56,850 nt of DNA. Origin: a virus. Taxonomy: Duplodnaviria; Caudoviricetes. Shown in pieces: positions 1-7,219 of the stretch; the first letter of the stretch is position 1; each line of letters opens with the position of its first letter. The translations under genes were made by a program, and so were the position numbers. Under the pieces are notes generated by a model, which was given only the letters and a program-made list of their open reading frames with translations, made no database searches and was not told the origin of the DNA. The stretch spans positions 1 to 56,850 of the IMG/VR virus record IMGVR_UViG_3300046171_000223, one strand, 5' to 3'.

Positions 1-151
1 AAATGCAAATAGGTTTTACCCTATTCGCAGACTTGCACCAATTGATTTCTATGATCCTTGTAGTGCTAAAATTACTAAACTAAACAAGGAGGTAGAACTA
101 GCGTTATACGAAAGCCTAATGTGGCGACGATTAGAAGAACAGTCTAAATAA
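1..151 (+). CDS. 3' part of 60-aa hypothetical protein that starts at 56819 and crosses the window junction
   Basis: ATG 56819 with TCGGAG RBS; ...CGA TT|A AAT GCA... stays open to TAA 149-151 (METREEILQRLNANRFYP...EEQSK). Confidence 0.7.
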   Translation, partial: NANRFYPIRRLAPIDFYDPCSAKITKLNKEVELALYESLMWRRLEEQSK

Positions 152-168
152 TTAAACACTCAAGAAGA

Positions 169-330
169 ATGAATCTTTTAGTCTTTATCCTACTATCTGT
201 GACGTTCACACTAGCTGGTTCTTTAGTTTGTTTCTATCTGTTCTGTCGAGTCTTGAATGCACCCTACAAACAGACAAGTTATGAACTAAATGCAGCACTA
301 AGTCACGGCAACCAAGAACCGCATATCTAA
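169..330 (+). CDS. Small membrane protein (53 aa)
   Basis: Hand translation MNLLVFILLSVTFTLAGSLVCFYLFCRVLNAPY...; N-terminal hydrophobic helix; fills the gap between genes. Confidence 0.55.
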   Translation: MNLLVFILLSVTFTLAGSLVCFYLFCRVLNAPYKQTSYELNAALSHGNQEPHI

Positions 331-349
331 AAAAGGAGCAAAAAATATC

Positions 350-385
350 TTGACCATCTCACGAGATCTCAATACAATTAGGATA
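350..385 (+). promoter_or_regulatory. Sigma70-type early promoter with CTCACGAGATC spacer and degenerate palindrome
   Basis: TTGACC(350-355)-17 bp-TACAAT(373-378). Confidence 0.8.
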
Positions 386-425
386 CTTTGAGAGTTTAAC
401 AATCCAGCTAGACTCTCAAATATCC
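381..425 (+). other. Leader RNA hairpin with ACAATCCAGC loop
   Basis: GGATA-c-TTTGAGAGTTTA pairs with TAGACTCTCAAA-TATCC; loop at 399-408. Confidence 0.7.
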
Positions 426-444
426 ACCTTTAACGGAGTGACTA

Positions 445-639
445 ATGCCGCTACAAATGATAGAAACAGACACTACCTACGATGTTGTAAACCGTGTAAA
501 GAACGGTAACAATGGGTACGCTATAACCTATGACTCGAATGCAGCAGAAGGTGCAATTAGATTCTCAAAAGATCGCTATATCAAGCGAGAATTAAAAGAC
601 CGTGACGGAGATACTTACTTCATCATTCAACCACGATAA
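445..639 (+). CDS. Hypothetical early protein
   Basis: ORF with CGGAG RBS after promoter and hairpin. Confidence 0.7.
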   Translation: MPLQMIETDTTYDVVNRVKNGNNGYAITYDSNAAEGAIRFSKDRYIKRELKDRDGDTYFIIQPR

Positions 640-652
640 TCTGAGCAATATA

Positions 653-958
653 ATGAGAAAAACTATCAATATTAAAGAAACAGTAGAGTACTTCAATAAG
701 TTATTGTTACTTAGTGATTTTAAGGCAAAAGATCGCACTGAAGGTAAGCAATTTAGGATGGGTTTGATTTCAGCAGTGGAGCATATTCTCCATACTACTG
801 GAAACTATAAAGGTTATCGGTACGTTGACAAAAAAGAAGCAATCAAACCGTATGCTTTTGGTTGTGATTATTCCAAAATCAGTAAAGATCCAGACTCAAC
901 TGAGTTATCTTTAGCTGGTGGAGATGAGTCTAGAAGACAGTATGTCATTCAATTATAG
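653..958 (+). CDS. Hypothetical early protein
   Basis: ORF track 602..958; ATG 653 preferred because it avoids the overlap. Confidence 0.7.
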   Translation: MRKTINIKETVEYFNKLLLLSDFKAKDRTEGKQFRMGLISAVEHILHTTGNYKGYRYVDKKEAIKPYAFGCDYSKISKDPDSTELSLAGGDESRRQYVIQL

Positions 959-971
959 TCGGAGATAGAAA

Positions 972-1403
972 ATGTTCGAATATCTTATTAATATATACCG
1001 TAAAGAAGCACCTTATTATGCATCCAACAACAAGGTGATGCAACAGTATCAATTTAAAAAGAGTGGAACCCTACTAAGTACTAAACGAAATGCATCCAAA
1101 CACGTTCAGGAAATCTTAAGTGCTATCCATCTTTTAGAATCTACACTCAACGGAGGGATATCTTATAATGTTCACCTAGATGTAAACATTTGCATGATAG
1201 ACTCGGACGTATCAGATAAAGATATATGGTTAGCTAGTCAGCATTTAAGCTTTAACCCTAAAAAAGAGAGGTGCTGTAATACGCAAGACTCTAAGTGGTA
1301 TACTACTCATCGTGGTGAGCTTCAATCCTTTAGAGAAAAACATTTCCCTGAACTTGCGCTTGATTCGGGGGATCTACTTAAAAAGTTTATTAGCTTAAGT
1401 TAA
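972..1403 (+). CDS. Hypothetical early protein
   Basis: 143-aa ORF with TCGGAG RBS. Confidence 0.7.
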   Translation: MFEYLINIYRKEAPYYASNNKVMQQYQFKKSGTLLSTKRNASKHVQEILSAIHLLESTLNGGISYNVHLDVNICMIDSDVSDKDIWLASQHLSFNPKKERCCNTQDSKWYTTHRGELQSFREKHFPELALDSGDLLKKFISLS

Positions 1404-1410
1404 ATTTATC

Positions 1411-1446
1411 TTGACACTCTAACTAGATCCCGAGATAATCGGGATC
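1411..1446 (+). promoter_or_regulatory. Sigma70-type promoter overlapped by perfect 8-5-8 palindrome (putative operator)
   Basis: TTGACA(1411)-17-GATAAT(1434); GATCCCGA-gataa-TCGGGATC at 1426-1446. Confidence 0.8.
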
Positions 1447-1525
1447 ATTGACGATAACTGCAAGACAGTCTCTTGAATGCAGCACTTCTAGTAGTTATCT
1501 CAAATAACTTAATCGGAGCAGACAA

Positions 1526-1825
1526 ATGAAGTTCACAGTAACAGGAACCACAGAATTTATAGTAACCGTCAACTGGCAACGCAAAGTCGATGTCACTAAA
1601 GCGCAGGTAGTCGAAGCTTTAGACTTAGAAGGTGAAGATAAGCGAGAGTGGAGAGACTCTGTTCAAGACTTTTTGGATTCAGAACAGCATCGAGATTGGG
1701 CCAATGAATTAGAAATGTGCTTATCTGTTCAATGGGATTCATCGAATGGAGATATCGAAGCGATGGATATTCAAGAAGTGGAAGTAATCCAAGATCGATC
1801 AGATATCGAAGAAGTAGAACAGTAA
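1526..1825 (+). CDS. Acidic hypothetical protein; paralogue of 7443..7784
   Basis: 26 D/E versus 9 K/R in 99 aa; AATCGGAG RBS. Confidence 0.75.
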   Translation: MKFTVTGTTEFIVTVNWQRKVDVTKAQVVEALDLEGEDKREWRDSVQDFLDSEQHRDWANELEMCLSVQWDSSNGDIEAMDIQEVEVIQDRSDIEEVEQ

Positions 1826-1833
1826 CCAACATG

Positions 1834-1850
1834 CCCCGAGATAATCGGGG
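1834..1850. promoter_or_regulatory. Intergenic palindrome (operator-like or hairpin)
   Basis: CCCCGA-gataa-TCGGGG. Confidence 0.65.
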
Positions 1851-1880
1851 TTTCACAACATCCTATAAACGAGACATACA

Positions 1881-2985
1881 ATGCCAGCATTACGAGACTC
1901 AAAAGGTAGATTCATCAAAAAGTCAGATCTCCTCAAGCAGGGAGATATAATGGAGACAAGTTACAGTCTTCAAGCAGCCGATAACTCGCCCATCGGTGAC
2001 GAGAATATGTGTGCGGTTCAGGCTGGAGCAAGTCTCGACGCTATTCTTGAAGATCCAAATATGAATTGGAGAGTTTCAAAACTCCCCATCTATGACGGTA
2101 ACGGTAACGAGATCAAGAATCGTAAAGTGATTACTCGTGATGATACTGCTCAACATTTTGAGGTAGTCTCTGATCGTTACACTATTGTTCAAAACTCAGA
2201 AAACATTGAGTTCCTCCGCCCATTGTTCGAAACAGGCAGGTTTTCTTTAGACTGTGCAGGGACTTACCGTGACGGTTCAAGGGCTTTCCTAGTTGCTAAA
2301 CGCAATGACGCTAGGCCCATTGAACCTGTCAAGGGTGATGAGATCCACCCCTTCTTTGGAATTCGTTGGGGCCACGATGGAGATACTCCAATCAAGATTC
2401 AAGCTTTTGCGACACGAGTGTTTTGCTCAAATGTTTTTCCAGCTATCGACAGAGAAGCAAAAGAATCAGAGATCACGATCAAGCACCGTCGAGGTGTGCA
2501 TGATGCGCTTGATGTCTTGTCTGATCTGACTGCTAAATCTGTCCAGAAATATGCTGACACTGAAACTGCTCTCAAAAAGCTAGCGAATGCACCGATCTCT
2601 AAGGGTAAACTGGAGACTTACTTCCGTAACGTGCTCCATCTGCCCTACAGAGATCCTGATGCTATCGTCAAGGACGATATGATTGCTGTCATCCTTGCCG
2701 AACCGTCAACGTATGACGGTATCGCAAGAAGAGTTCGACCGTCTAATGGATCTTGGTAAACGCAAGCTTGGCTGGTTGATGAAAGCCTATGAGGAAGAGG
2801 CAGACACAATGCCCTCATCCGCCCAAGAAACGTACTACCATGCTTGGAATGCAGTAACTCGACACGTTACGCATGATGCACCTACGGTCGCTAGTCAGTC
2901 TCGCTTTGAGAAAGCCATAGCTGGGCTAGGTGCAAACCTTTCAACTCGTGCATATTCGCAAGCAATTGAGCTTGCAGTTGCATAA
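1881..2985 (+). CDS. DUF932-like phage/plasmid protein, split by a frameshift near 2680
   Basis: Motifs VSDRYTIVQN, GHDG, RVFCSN in 1881..2759; C-terminal YHAWNAVTRHVTH in 2683..2985. Confidence 0.75.
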
Positions 2986-2994
2986 GTTGTTTAC

Positions 2995-3021
2995 TAAGAT
3001 CCCGAGAACATCGGGGTCTTA
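2995..3021. promoter_or_regulatory. Intergenic palindrome (operator-like or hairpin)
   Basis: TAAGATCCCGA-gaaca-TCGGGGTCTTA. Confidence 0.65.
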
Positions 3022-3048
3022 CCTTTTAATCCCTATCGGAGACAATCG

Positions 3049-3762
3049 ATGTCTATCTCATTAGCCAAAAACACAACACTGTTTTCTTCAAAGCAGGTAC
3101 TAACGCATAAAGAAGCAACCGAGTATATCCACAAACATTTTGGGTATACACCAAAGACTGCTAACCAGACACTCTACAATTGGACAACTACCGGAGCAAT
3201 CCCTTGTCAACTGGTCAGAGGAAAAAGGCATTATGCACTTAGCGATATCCTAAAGTTTTCTACTCCTAAAGATCGAAGGCGGATGATACTGGTTGCTAAG
3301 TGGAAACGAGCAAGAGGTCTTTACGCTGAGTTTGATCAGTACGCTAAATCCAAGTACGACACTGTAGGAGAAAAACAAAGAAAAGAAGCTATGTTTGCTG
3401 AAGCACTTAAACCTGTTCCAGCTATTCAAGAGGATCTGATGCTGCAACAGATGGAGACCTATACGGAACAGCCTGAGTTGCCGCTTGATCCTGTAGACCG
3501 TCTAAACAGTTTACCTATAGAAGAACGGAGAAAAGTTTTTGCTGAAGAATATATCAGTGCAAAGGACATCCTCAGAAATTATAGGACTGATGCAAAGCAG
3601 TTAGCAAGATTAGCCAGAGACAAGAAGCTAGACCGTATCACGGTAAGATGTACCAAGACCAATCAAGCTAGGTATGCTTACCCCAGAGAGCAGATAACTA
3701 AACTGTTTAAAGATCGAAACTCAGTGTTGCATTCATCAACAGGGTCAGAGGTCTTTATCTAA
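3049..3762 (+). CDS. DNA-binding protein with two excisionase/MerR-like winged HTH domains
   Basis: N-term LTHKEATEYI...TLYNW...GAIP...GKRHYALSDI; C-term YISAKDIL...QLARLARDKKL...YAYPREQI. Confidence 0.65.
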   Translation: MSISLAKNTTLFSSKQVLTHKEATEYIHKHFGYTPKTANQTLYNWTTTGAIPCQLVRGKRHYALSDILKFSTPKDRRRMILVAKWKRARGLYAEFDQYAKSKYDTVGEKQRKEAMFAEALKPVPAIQEDLMLQQMETYTEQPELPLDPVDRLNSLPIEERRKVFAEEYISAKDILRNYRTDAKQLARLARDKKLDRITVRCTKTNQARYAYPREQITKLFKDRNSVLHSSTGSEVFI

Positions 3763-3767
3763 CATCC

Positions 3768-3864
3768 AGACCTCGACATCATCGGGGTCTCACAGAACTG
3801 GACATCTGAGTGTCTATGGGGTTCGACCATTATCTGACAATTCAGCCAGATAACGGATGTCCAG
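3768..3864 (+). promoter_or_regulatory. Palindrome followed by a three-way-junction leader hairpin with ACAATTCAGC loop
   Basis: AGACCTCGA-catca-TCGGGGTCT (3768-3790); CTGGACATCTG/CGGATGTCCAG outer stem; TTATCTG/CAGATAA inner stem. Confidence 0.65.
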
Positions 3865-3886
3865 CACACTCTAATCGGAGAACACA

Positions 3887-4096
3887 ATGCGACTTACACA
3901 CCGTCAAGCTTGGAGTCTGGGGCGTTTCGACAATGCTAAACGATGGTATCCAGATAAGAAGATCGCTGAGTATTTTGAGAATTATCGATCCCCATCCAAT
4001 GCGTGGCCCTACTCTTATCTTCATGCTGCGACAACCAAGAAATTCTACAATTGGATGCGGGAGAATCATCCAACCTTACTAAACTCAATTAAATAA
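3887..4096 (+). CDS. Hypothetical phage protein
   Basis: AATCGGAG RBS; GRFDNAKRWYP...RSPSNAWPYS resembles a motif I recall from small phage proteins. Confidence 0.75.
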   Translation: MRLTHRQAWSLGRFDNAKRWYPDKKIAEYFENYRSPSNAWPYSYLHAATTKKFYNWMRENHPTLLNSIK

Positions 4097-4118
4097 ACCA
4101 TCTAATCGGAGACAATCA

Positions 4119-4580
4119 ATGATCTATTCTGTCAACGGTTCACCAGCCTTTGAACAGTACAAAGGTTGTGGCAAAGCTTGGGTAGCTACAAACAAGAATG
4201 CAGAGATCGTAGGCATTCGCTACATGCATGACTTTGAGCCTGACTTCACGAAACTCCCCAAATGGGTGCAAGCTATACGAGAATCTTACCCAACAATTCG
4301 ACAGTGGGATGGTAACTATTCTCGACGATATTGCCCTGATGCTGCTCGTTTGGGGAAACTTAAAAAGATAGCAATCGCTAACGGACATCCTGCAACAGGG
4401 CTGAATGGTGGCTACATTAAAGCCTCAAAGATTGTCCAAGATGCTAAGACACAACTCTCAAAGACTGAGACTGATCAGTTCAGTCAATATCGTCTTAACT
4501 GCAGGAAAGAACTAGCTGAACTTGGTGAGGTCAGTAGCGGAATGCTTTCCTGCTACGAGTTTATTCCTAAATACTGGTAA
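4119..4580 (+). CDS. Hypothetical early protein
   Basis: 153-aa ORF with AATCGGAG RBS. Confidence 0.75.
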   Translation: MIYSVNGSPAFEQYKGCGKAWVATNKNAEIVGIRYMHDFEPDFTKLPKWVQAIRESYPTIRQWDGNYSRRYCPDAARLGKLKKIAIANGHPATGLNGGYIKASKIVQDAKTQLSKTETDQFSQYRLNCRKELAELGEVSSGMLSCYEFIPKYW

Positions 4581-4592
4581 GGGAGACAATCA

Positions 4593-4742
4593 ATGGAATG
4601 GATACCAATGATCTTAATTTTTCTCGTAGGTGTTGCAGCAGGTATCGGGATCTGGTGGGTTACCGATCTGGTAACAAACACTGAAGATTGGCCCTTCGAC
4701 GATTGGCCTTTTGACAAACCTAACAACGGAGACAACCGATGA
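4593..4742 (+). CDS. Small membrane protein (49 aa)
   Basis: MEWIPMILIFLVGVAAGIGIWWV...DWPFDDWPFD; GGGAG RBS; ATGA overlap with next gene. Confidence 0.65.
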   Translation: MEWIPMILIFLVGVAAGIGIWWVTDLVTNTEDWPFDDWPFDKPNNGDNR

Positions 4743-5149
4743 CTAAGTTAAATAAATCCTCTATCGATTTTCCAAATCCACAACCGTGTCCGTTCGCTAA
4801 GAAAGCGATCAACACGAGGTGCGATGCTTTCCTTACTGCAGATCTGGAGATCCCTTACGAACAGCAGGATCAAGTCACACTACCTGAACTGCAGATCTAT
4901 CACTCTCGACGCACTGATGGTGTGATTGATTACTATACACAAGGACAGTATCACTATGTGGATCATATTGTCGCAAATCTAAAGCTAGTCTGTGACGATT
5001 ATGATCGCAGAGGAATTGAGTACTACCTATTCTGTGATGCTAATTATTGCGATCCAGATTGCGAGTTCGACTATGTGCTCTGGTTGCCCAATGAACCTCA
5101 TATGAATTCACTGGTCAAAGGATCTCCGAAAGTAGAGGAGGTCGCATGA
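4739..5149 (+). CDS. Hypothetical early protein
   Basis: 136-aa ORF, CGGAG RBS, coupled to both neighbours. Confidence 0.7.
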   Translation: MTKLNKSSIDFPNPQPCPFAKKAINTRCDAFLTADLEIPYEQQDQVTLPELQIYHSRRTDGVIDYYTQGQYHYVDHIVANLKLVCDDYDRRGIEYYLFCDANYCDPDCEFDYVLWLPNEPHMNSLVKGSPKVEEVA

Positions 5150-5481
5150 TACAGACAAAAGAAGTATATCTCGTTACAGTTGAATTTCAACCTATGACAG
5201 ACGGGGTGTGGGACGGAAAATTCCCAAGTCATTGGATTGTTAAAAAGTTTTACACGTTGAGTAGTGCGATTATTTTCTATCGCAAATACGCTTATCATGA
5301 AAACACTGTTTCTTGTTTTGTAAGTGCTCCAATTCAATCATTAAATACAGTGGCTTTGACGAAATGGGAGTTTGAATCCGTTGACTCTATAGTAGATAGA
5401 GAACTGGCTTTCCAATCTGGATTACCTCACGAACAGTTCGATGAGGACGATCCTCAATATGATCCCGAGGAGGTCGCGTGA
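5146..5481 (+). CDS. Hypothetical early protein
   Basis: GAGGAGG RBS, ATGA overlap. Confidence 0.7.
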   Translation: MIQTKEVYLVTVEFQPMTDGVWDGKFPSHWIVKKFYTLSSAIIFYRKYAYHENTVSCFVSAPIQSLNTVALTKWEFESVDSIVDRELAFQSGLPHEQFDEDDPQYDPEEVA

Positions 5482-5609
5482 TGGTCTTCGACTATGTCCT
5501 ACGCTTTTGTGTGTTTGTTCTACTATCATCAATTAGTTTTTTGTTGATCACACCTTTGATCCTTGACGCTTTGTCATTCTGGTCAAAAGTGTTCAAGCTA
5601 ACCTTTTAA
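5481..5609 (+). CDS. Small hydrophobic membrane protein (42 aa)
   Basis: MVFDYVLRFCVFVLLSSISFLLITPLILDALSFW...; GAGGAGG RBS. Confidence 0.55.
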   Translation: MVFDYVLRFCVFVLLSSISFLLITPLILDALSFWSKVFKLTF

Positions 5610-5624
5610 ACAGAGGATCTAACA

Positions 5625-5969
5625 ATGACAGGTAGACCTATCGAACATGATCTGACAGACGAGCAATTTGGATATCTGATTGCCAAACGAGTTGCGTACA
5701 CGAAACCTGTTAAAGGCGCATACTGGTTATGCCACTGCACCAACTGTAAAGGAGAGACAGTCAAGTCCAGAAGTAGCTTATTAAACTGTTCAATCAACTA
5801 TTCGTGCGGTTGCCTTTACGGTTTCCGTACCCGAGTAGCCAAGTTATCAGGTTATGCACTACCAGTAGTTTCTCAAGCACTCAATAACAAAGGGTTGATT
5901 TCTGTTAAGATCAGAGACCATATCAAGCGAGTGGCTAAAGAACTCAAATCTAGAAAAGGATGGAAATAA
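5625..5969 (+). CDS. Cys-rich (HNH/AP2-associated type) domain fused to a LacI-like HTH
   Basis: FGYL...WLCHCTNC...SCGC, then VAKLSGYALPVVSQALNNKGLISVKIRDHIKRVAKEL. Confidence 0.65.
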   Translation: MTGRPIEHDLTDEQFGYLIAKRVAYTKPVKGAYWLCHCTNCKGETVKSRSSLLNCSINYSCGCLYGFRTRVAKLSGYALPVVSQALNNKGLISVKIRDHIKRVAKELKSRKGWK

Positions 5970-6220
5970 TGGAAACACTGCATTTCGTCGAAAAGAACTC
6001 TACTCTCTGGCATACCCTCTGGGCTAAGTTGTGGGAGCAAAACGGCAAACCCCTTGACGAGTATGGAGTACCTGATTTCTCGGAGTACAACCCTCAGTAC
6101 AATGAAATGTGGCAATATATGGGTACAGTAGATAAAGGGTCTAATCAACAGGAGCACCAGTTCCGCCACAGAGCACACCCTTCAAACAATGAAAGAAAAT
6201 ATATTTCAATCATCATCTGA
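5969..6220 (+). CDS. Hypothetical phage protein
   Basis: TAATG coupling; WQYMGT...HQFRHRAHP motif. Confidence 0.7.
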   Translation: METLHFVEKNSTLWHTLWAKLWEQNGKPLDEYGVPDFSEYNPQYNEMWQYMGTVDKGSNQQEHQFRHRAHPSNNERKYISIII

Positions 6221-6226
6221 ATTTAC

Positions 6227-6261
6227 TTGACTGCTCACGAGATCCCGAGTATCTTGTGATC
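6227..6261 (+). promoter_or_regulatory. Sigma70-type promoter with CTCACGAGATCCCGA spacer
   Basis: TTGACT(6227)-17-TATCTT(6250). Confidence 0.75.
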
Positions 6262-6264
6262 TTA

Positions 6265-6485
6265 CCAGATCTGGTAAGGGGTTGTCCCTGTTAGTTGTCT
6301 TGTAGCTTGGACAACTAAACCAGATCTGGATGTCTGCTGAGTGGGCAATCCCGAATTATCAAGTTTGGTAGACCTAGTATTCGGGAGTGCCTTGTATGGA
6401 CTCTCATCTTTAAATTGCAAGGCTGTTTCATCGTCAACTGCTGTTCAGTAGTCAGACGGTACAAGTCCCTTGCGAGATGAGAGTC
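6265..6485 (+). ncRNA. Candidate structured RNA or long structured leader with three stem domains
   Basis: Stems 6265-6275/6319-6329, 6344-6356/6379-6391 and 6399-6409/6475-6485 with nested helices; own promoter; no ORF in the track. Confidence 0.6.
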
Positions 6486-6515
6486 ACCCTCACCTCACCT
6501 AACTATCGGAGTGAC

Positions 6516-6920
6516 ATGTTATCCAAAACTTTTAATTACTGGACAGTACTTAGTGAGTCTCCTCCAGATATTGGAGATCCCAACAAAAAGTACTTGTACT
6601 GTCAGTGTGTCTGTTGCCGCAAACGACATGTACGAGAAGACGATTTAAAAAGTGGGAAGTCAAAGTCCTGCGGTTGTTCTCGTTCTGCAGGGTTGCTGAA
6701 CGTTGTTGGTCAGAAGTTCAACTATTGGACAATTCTGTCTATCGGTAAAATTATCAACACTCATCGGTATGTTAAGAGTCAGTGCGACTGTGGCTATATT
6801 GCCAATTTAAGACTTTCAGCAATTAAACAAAATCAATCTAAATCCTGCGGTTGTACTCGTGCAAAGAAAACCAGACATCCTAGTGATAGGCAAACGCAAA
6901 GCGAGAGAGTTGCTAGCTAA
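6516..6920 (+). CDS. Protein with two tandem CxCxC...KSCGC domains and no visible nuclease domain
   Basis: FNYWTVL...CQCVCC...KSCGC and FNYWTIL...QCDCG...KSCGC; TCGGAG RBS before ATG 6516. Confidence 0.7.
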   Translation: MLSKTFNYWTVLSESPPDIGDPNKKYLYCQCVCCRKRHVREDDLKSGKSKSCGCSRSAGLLNVVGQKFNYWTILSIGKIINTHRYVKSQCDCGYIANLRLSAIKQNQSKSCGCTRAKKTRHPSDRQTQSERVAS

Positions 6921-7128
6921 TGGGGAAGCAGAAAAGCTAAACCCTGTTCGTGATGAATTCACTGGCATCGTCTTTCAGACCATCTATTGGAAACGCAAAG
7001 ACTTACACCTTCACTACCTACTGAGATTACCCGATGATTCATATCGTCAAGCACCTGAAAAACAAAACAGAACTGTTGGTGACCGAAGACTTTCAAGAAG
7101 CAGTCAACGCCAACGTCAACCAGCCTGA
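6859..7128 (+). CDS. Possible hypothetical protein (overlaps both neighbours)
   Basis: GTG-start ORF with protein-like N-terminal two thirds that fills the 6920-7034 gap. Confidence 0.35.
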   Translation: MQRKPDILVIGKRKARELLANGEAEKLNPVRDEFTGIVFQTIYWKRKDLHLHYLLRLPDDSYRQAPEKQNRTVGDRRLSRSSQRQRQPA

Positions 7129-7207
7129 TACTTGGGTTGATACTATCGATGCAGACATAGAAGACATAGAAAAATATCCTGACTACCCTGATGTATTAAC
7201 CTTTTAA
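7034..7207 (+). CDS. Small acidic hypothetical protein (57 aa)
   Basis: Hand translation MIHIVKHLKNKTELLVTEDF...PDYPDVLTF. Confidence 0.55.
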   Translation: MIHIVKHLKNKTELLVTEDFQEAVNANVNQPDTWVDTIDADIEDIEKYPDYPDVLTF

Positions 7208-7219
7208 AGAGTCTAACAA

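Noticed and set aside
2670-2760. Two separate genes or recoding in the DUF932-like locus
   Set aside because: The two frames carry consecutive parts of one family; consistent with an indel error
5135-5481. Shared C-terminal EEVA in two adjacent proteins as a targeting signal
   Set aside because: Explained by the overlapping GAGGAGG RBS and start of the next gene
6333-6356. Hammerhead ribozyme core (CTGCTGAG...CGAAT)
   Set aside because: Both invariant elements deviate (CUGA and GAAA) and the flanking stems do not fit
6265-6920. Group I intron with homing endonuclease
   Set aside because: No interrupted host gene, no recognisable P7 core and no nuclease active site in the ORF
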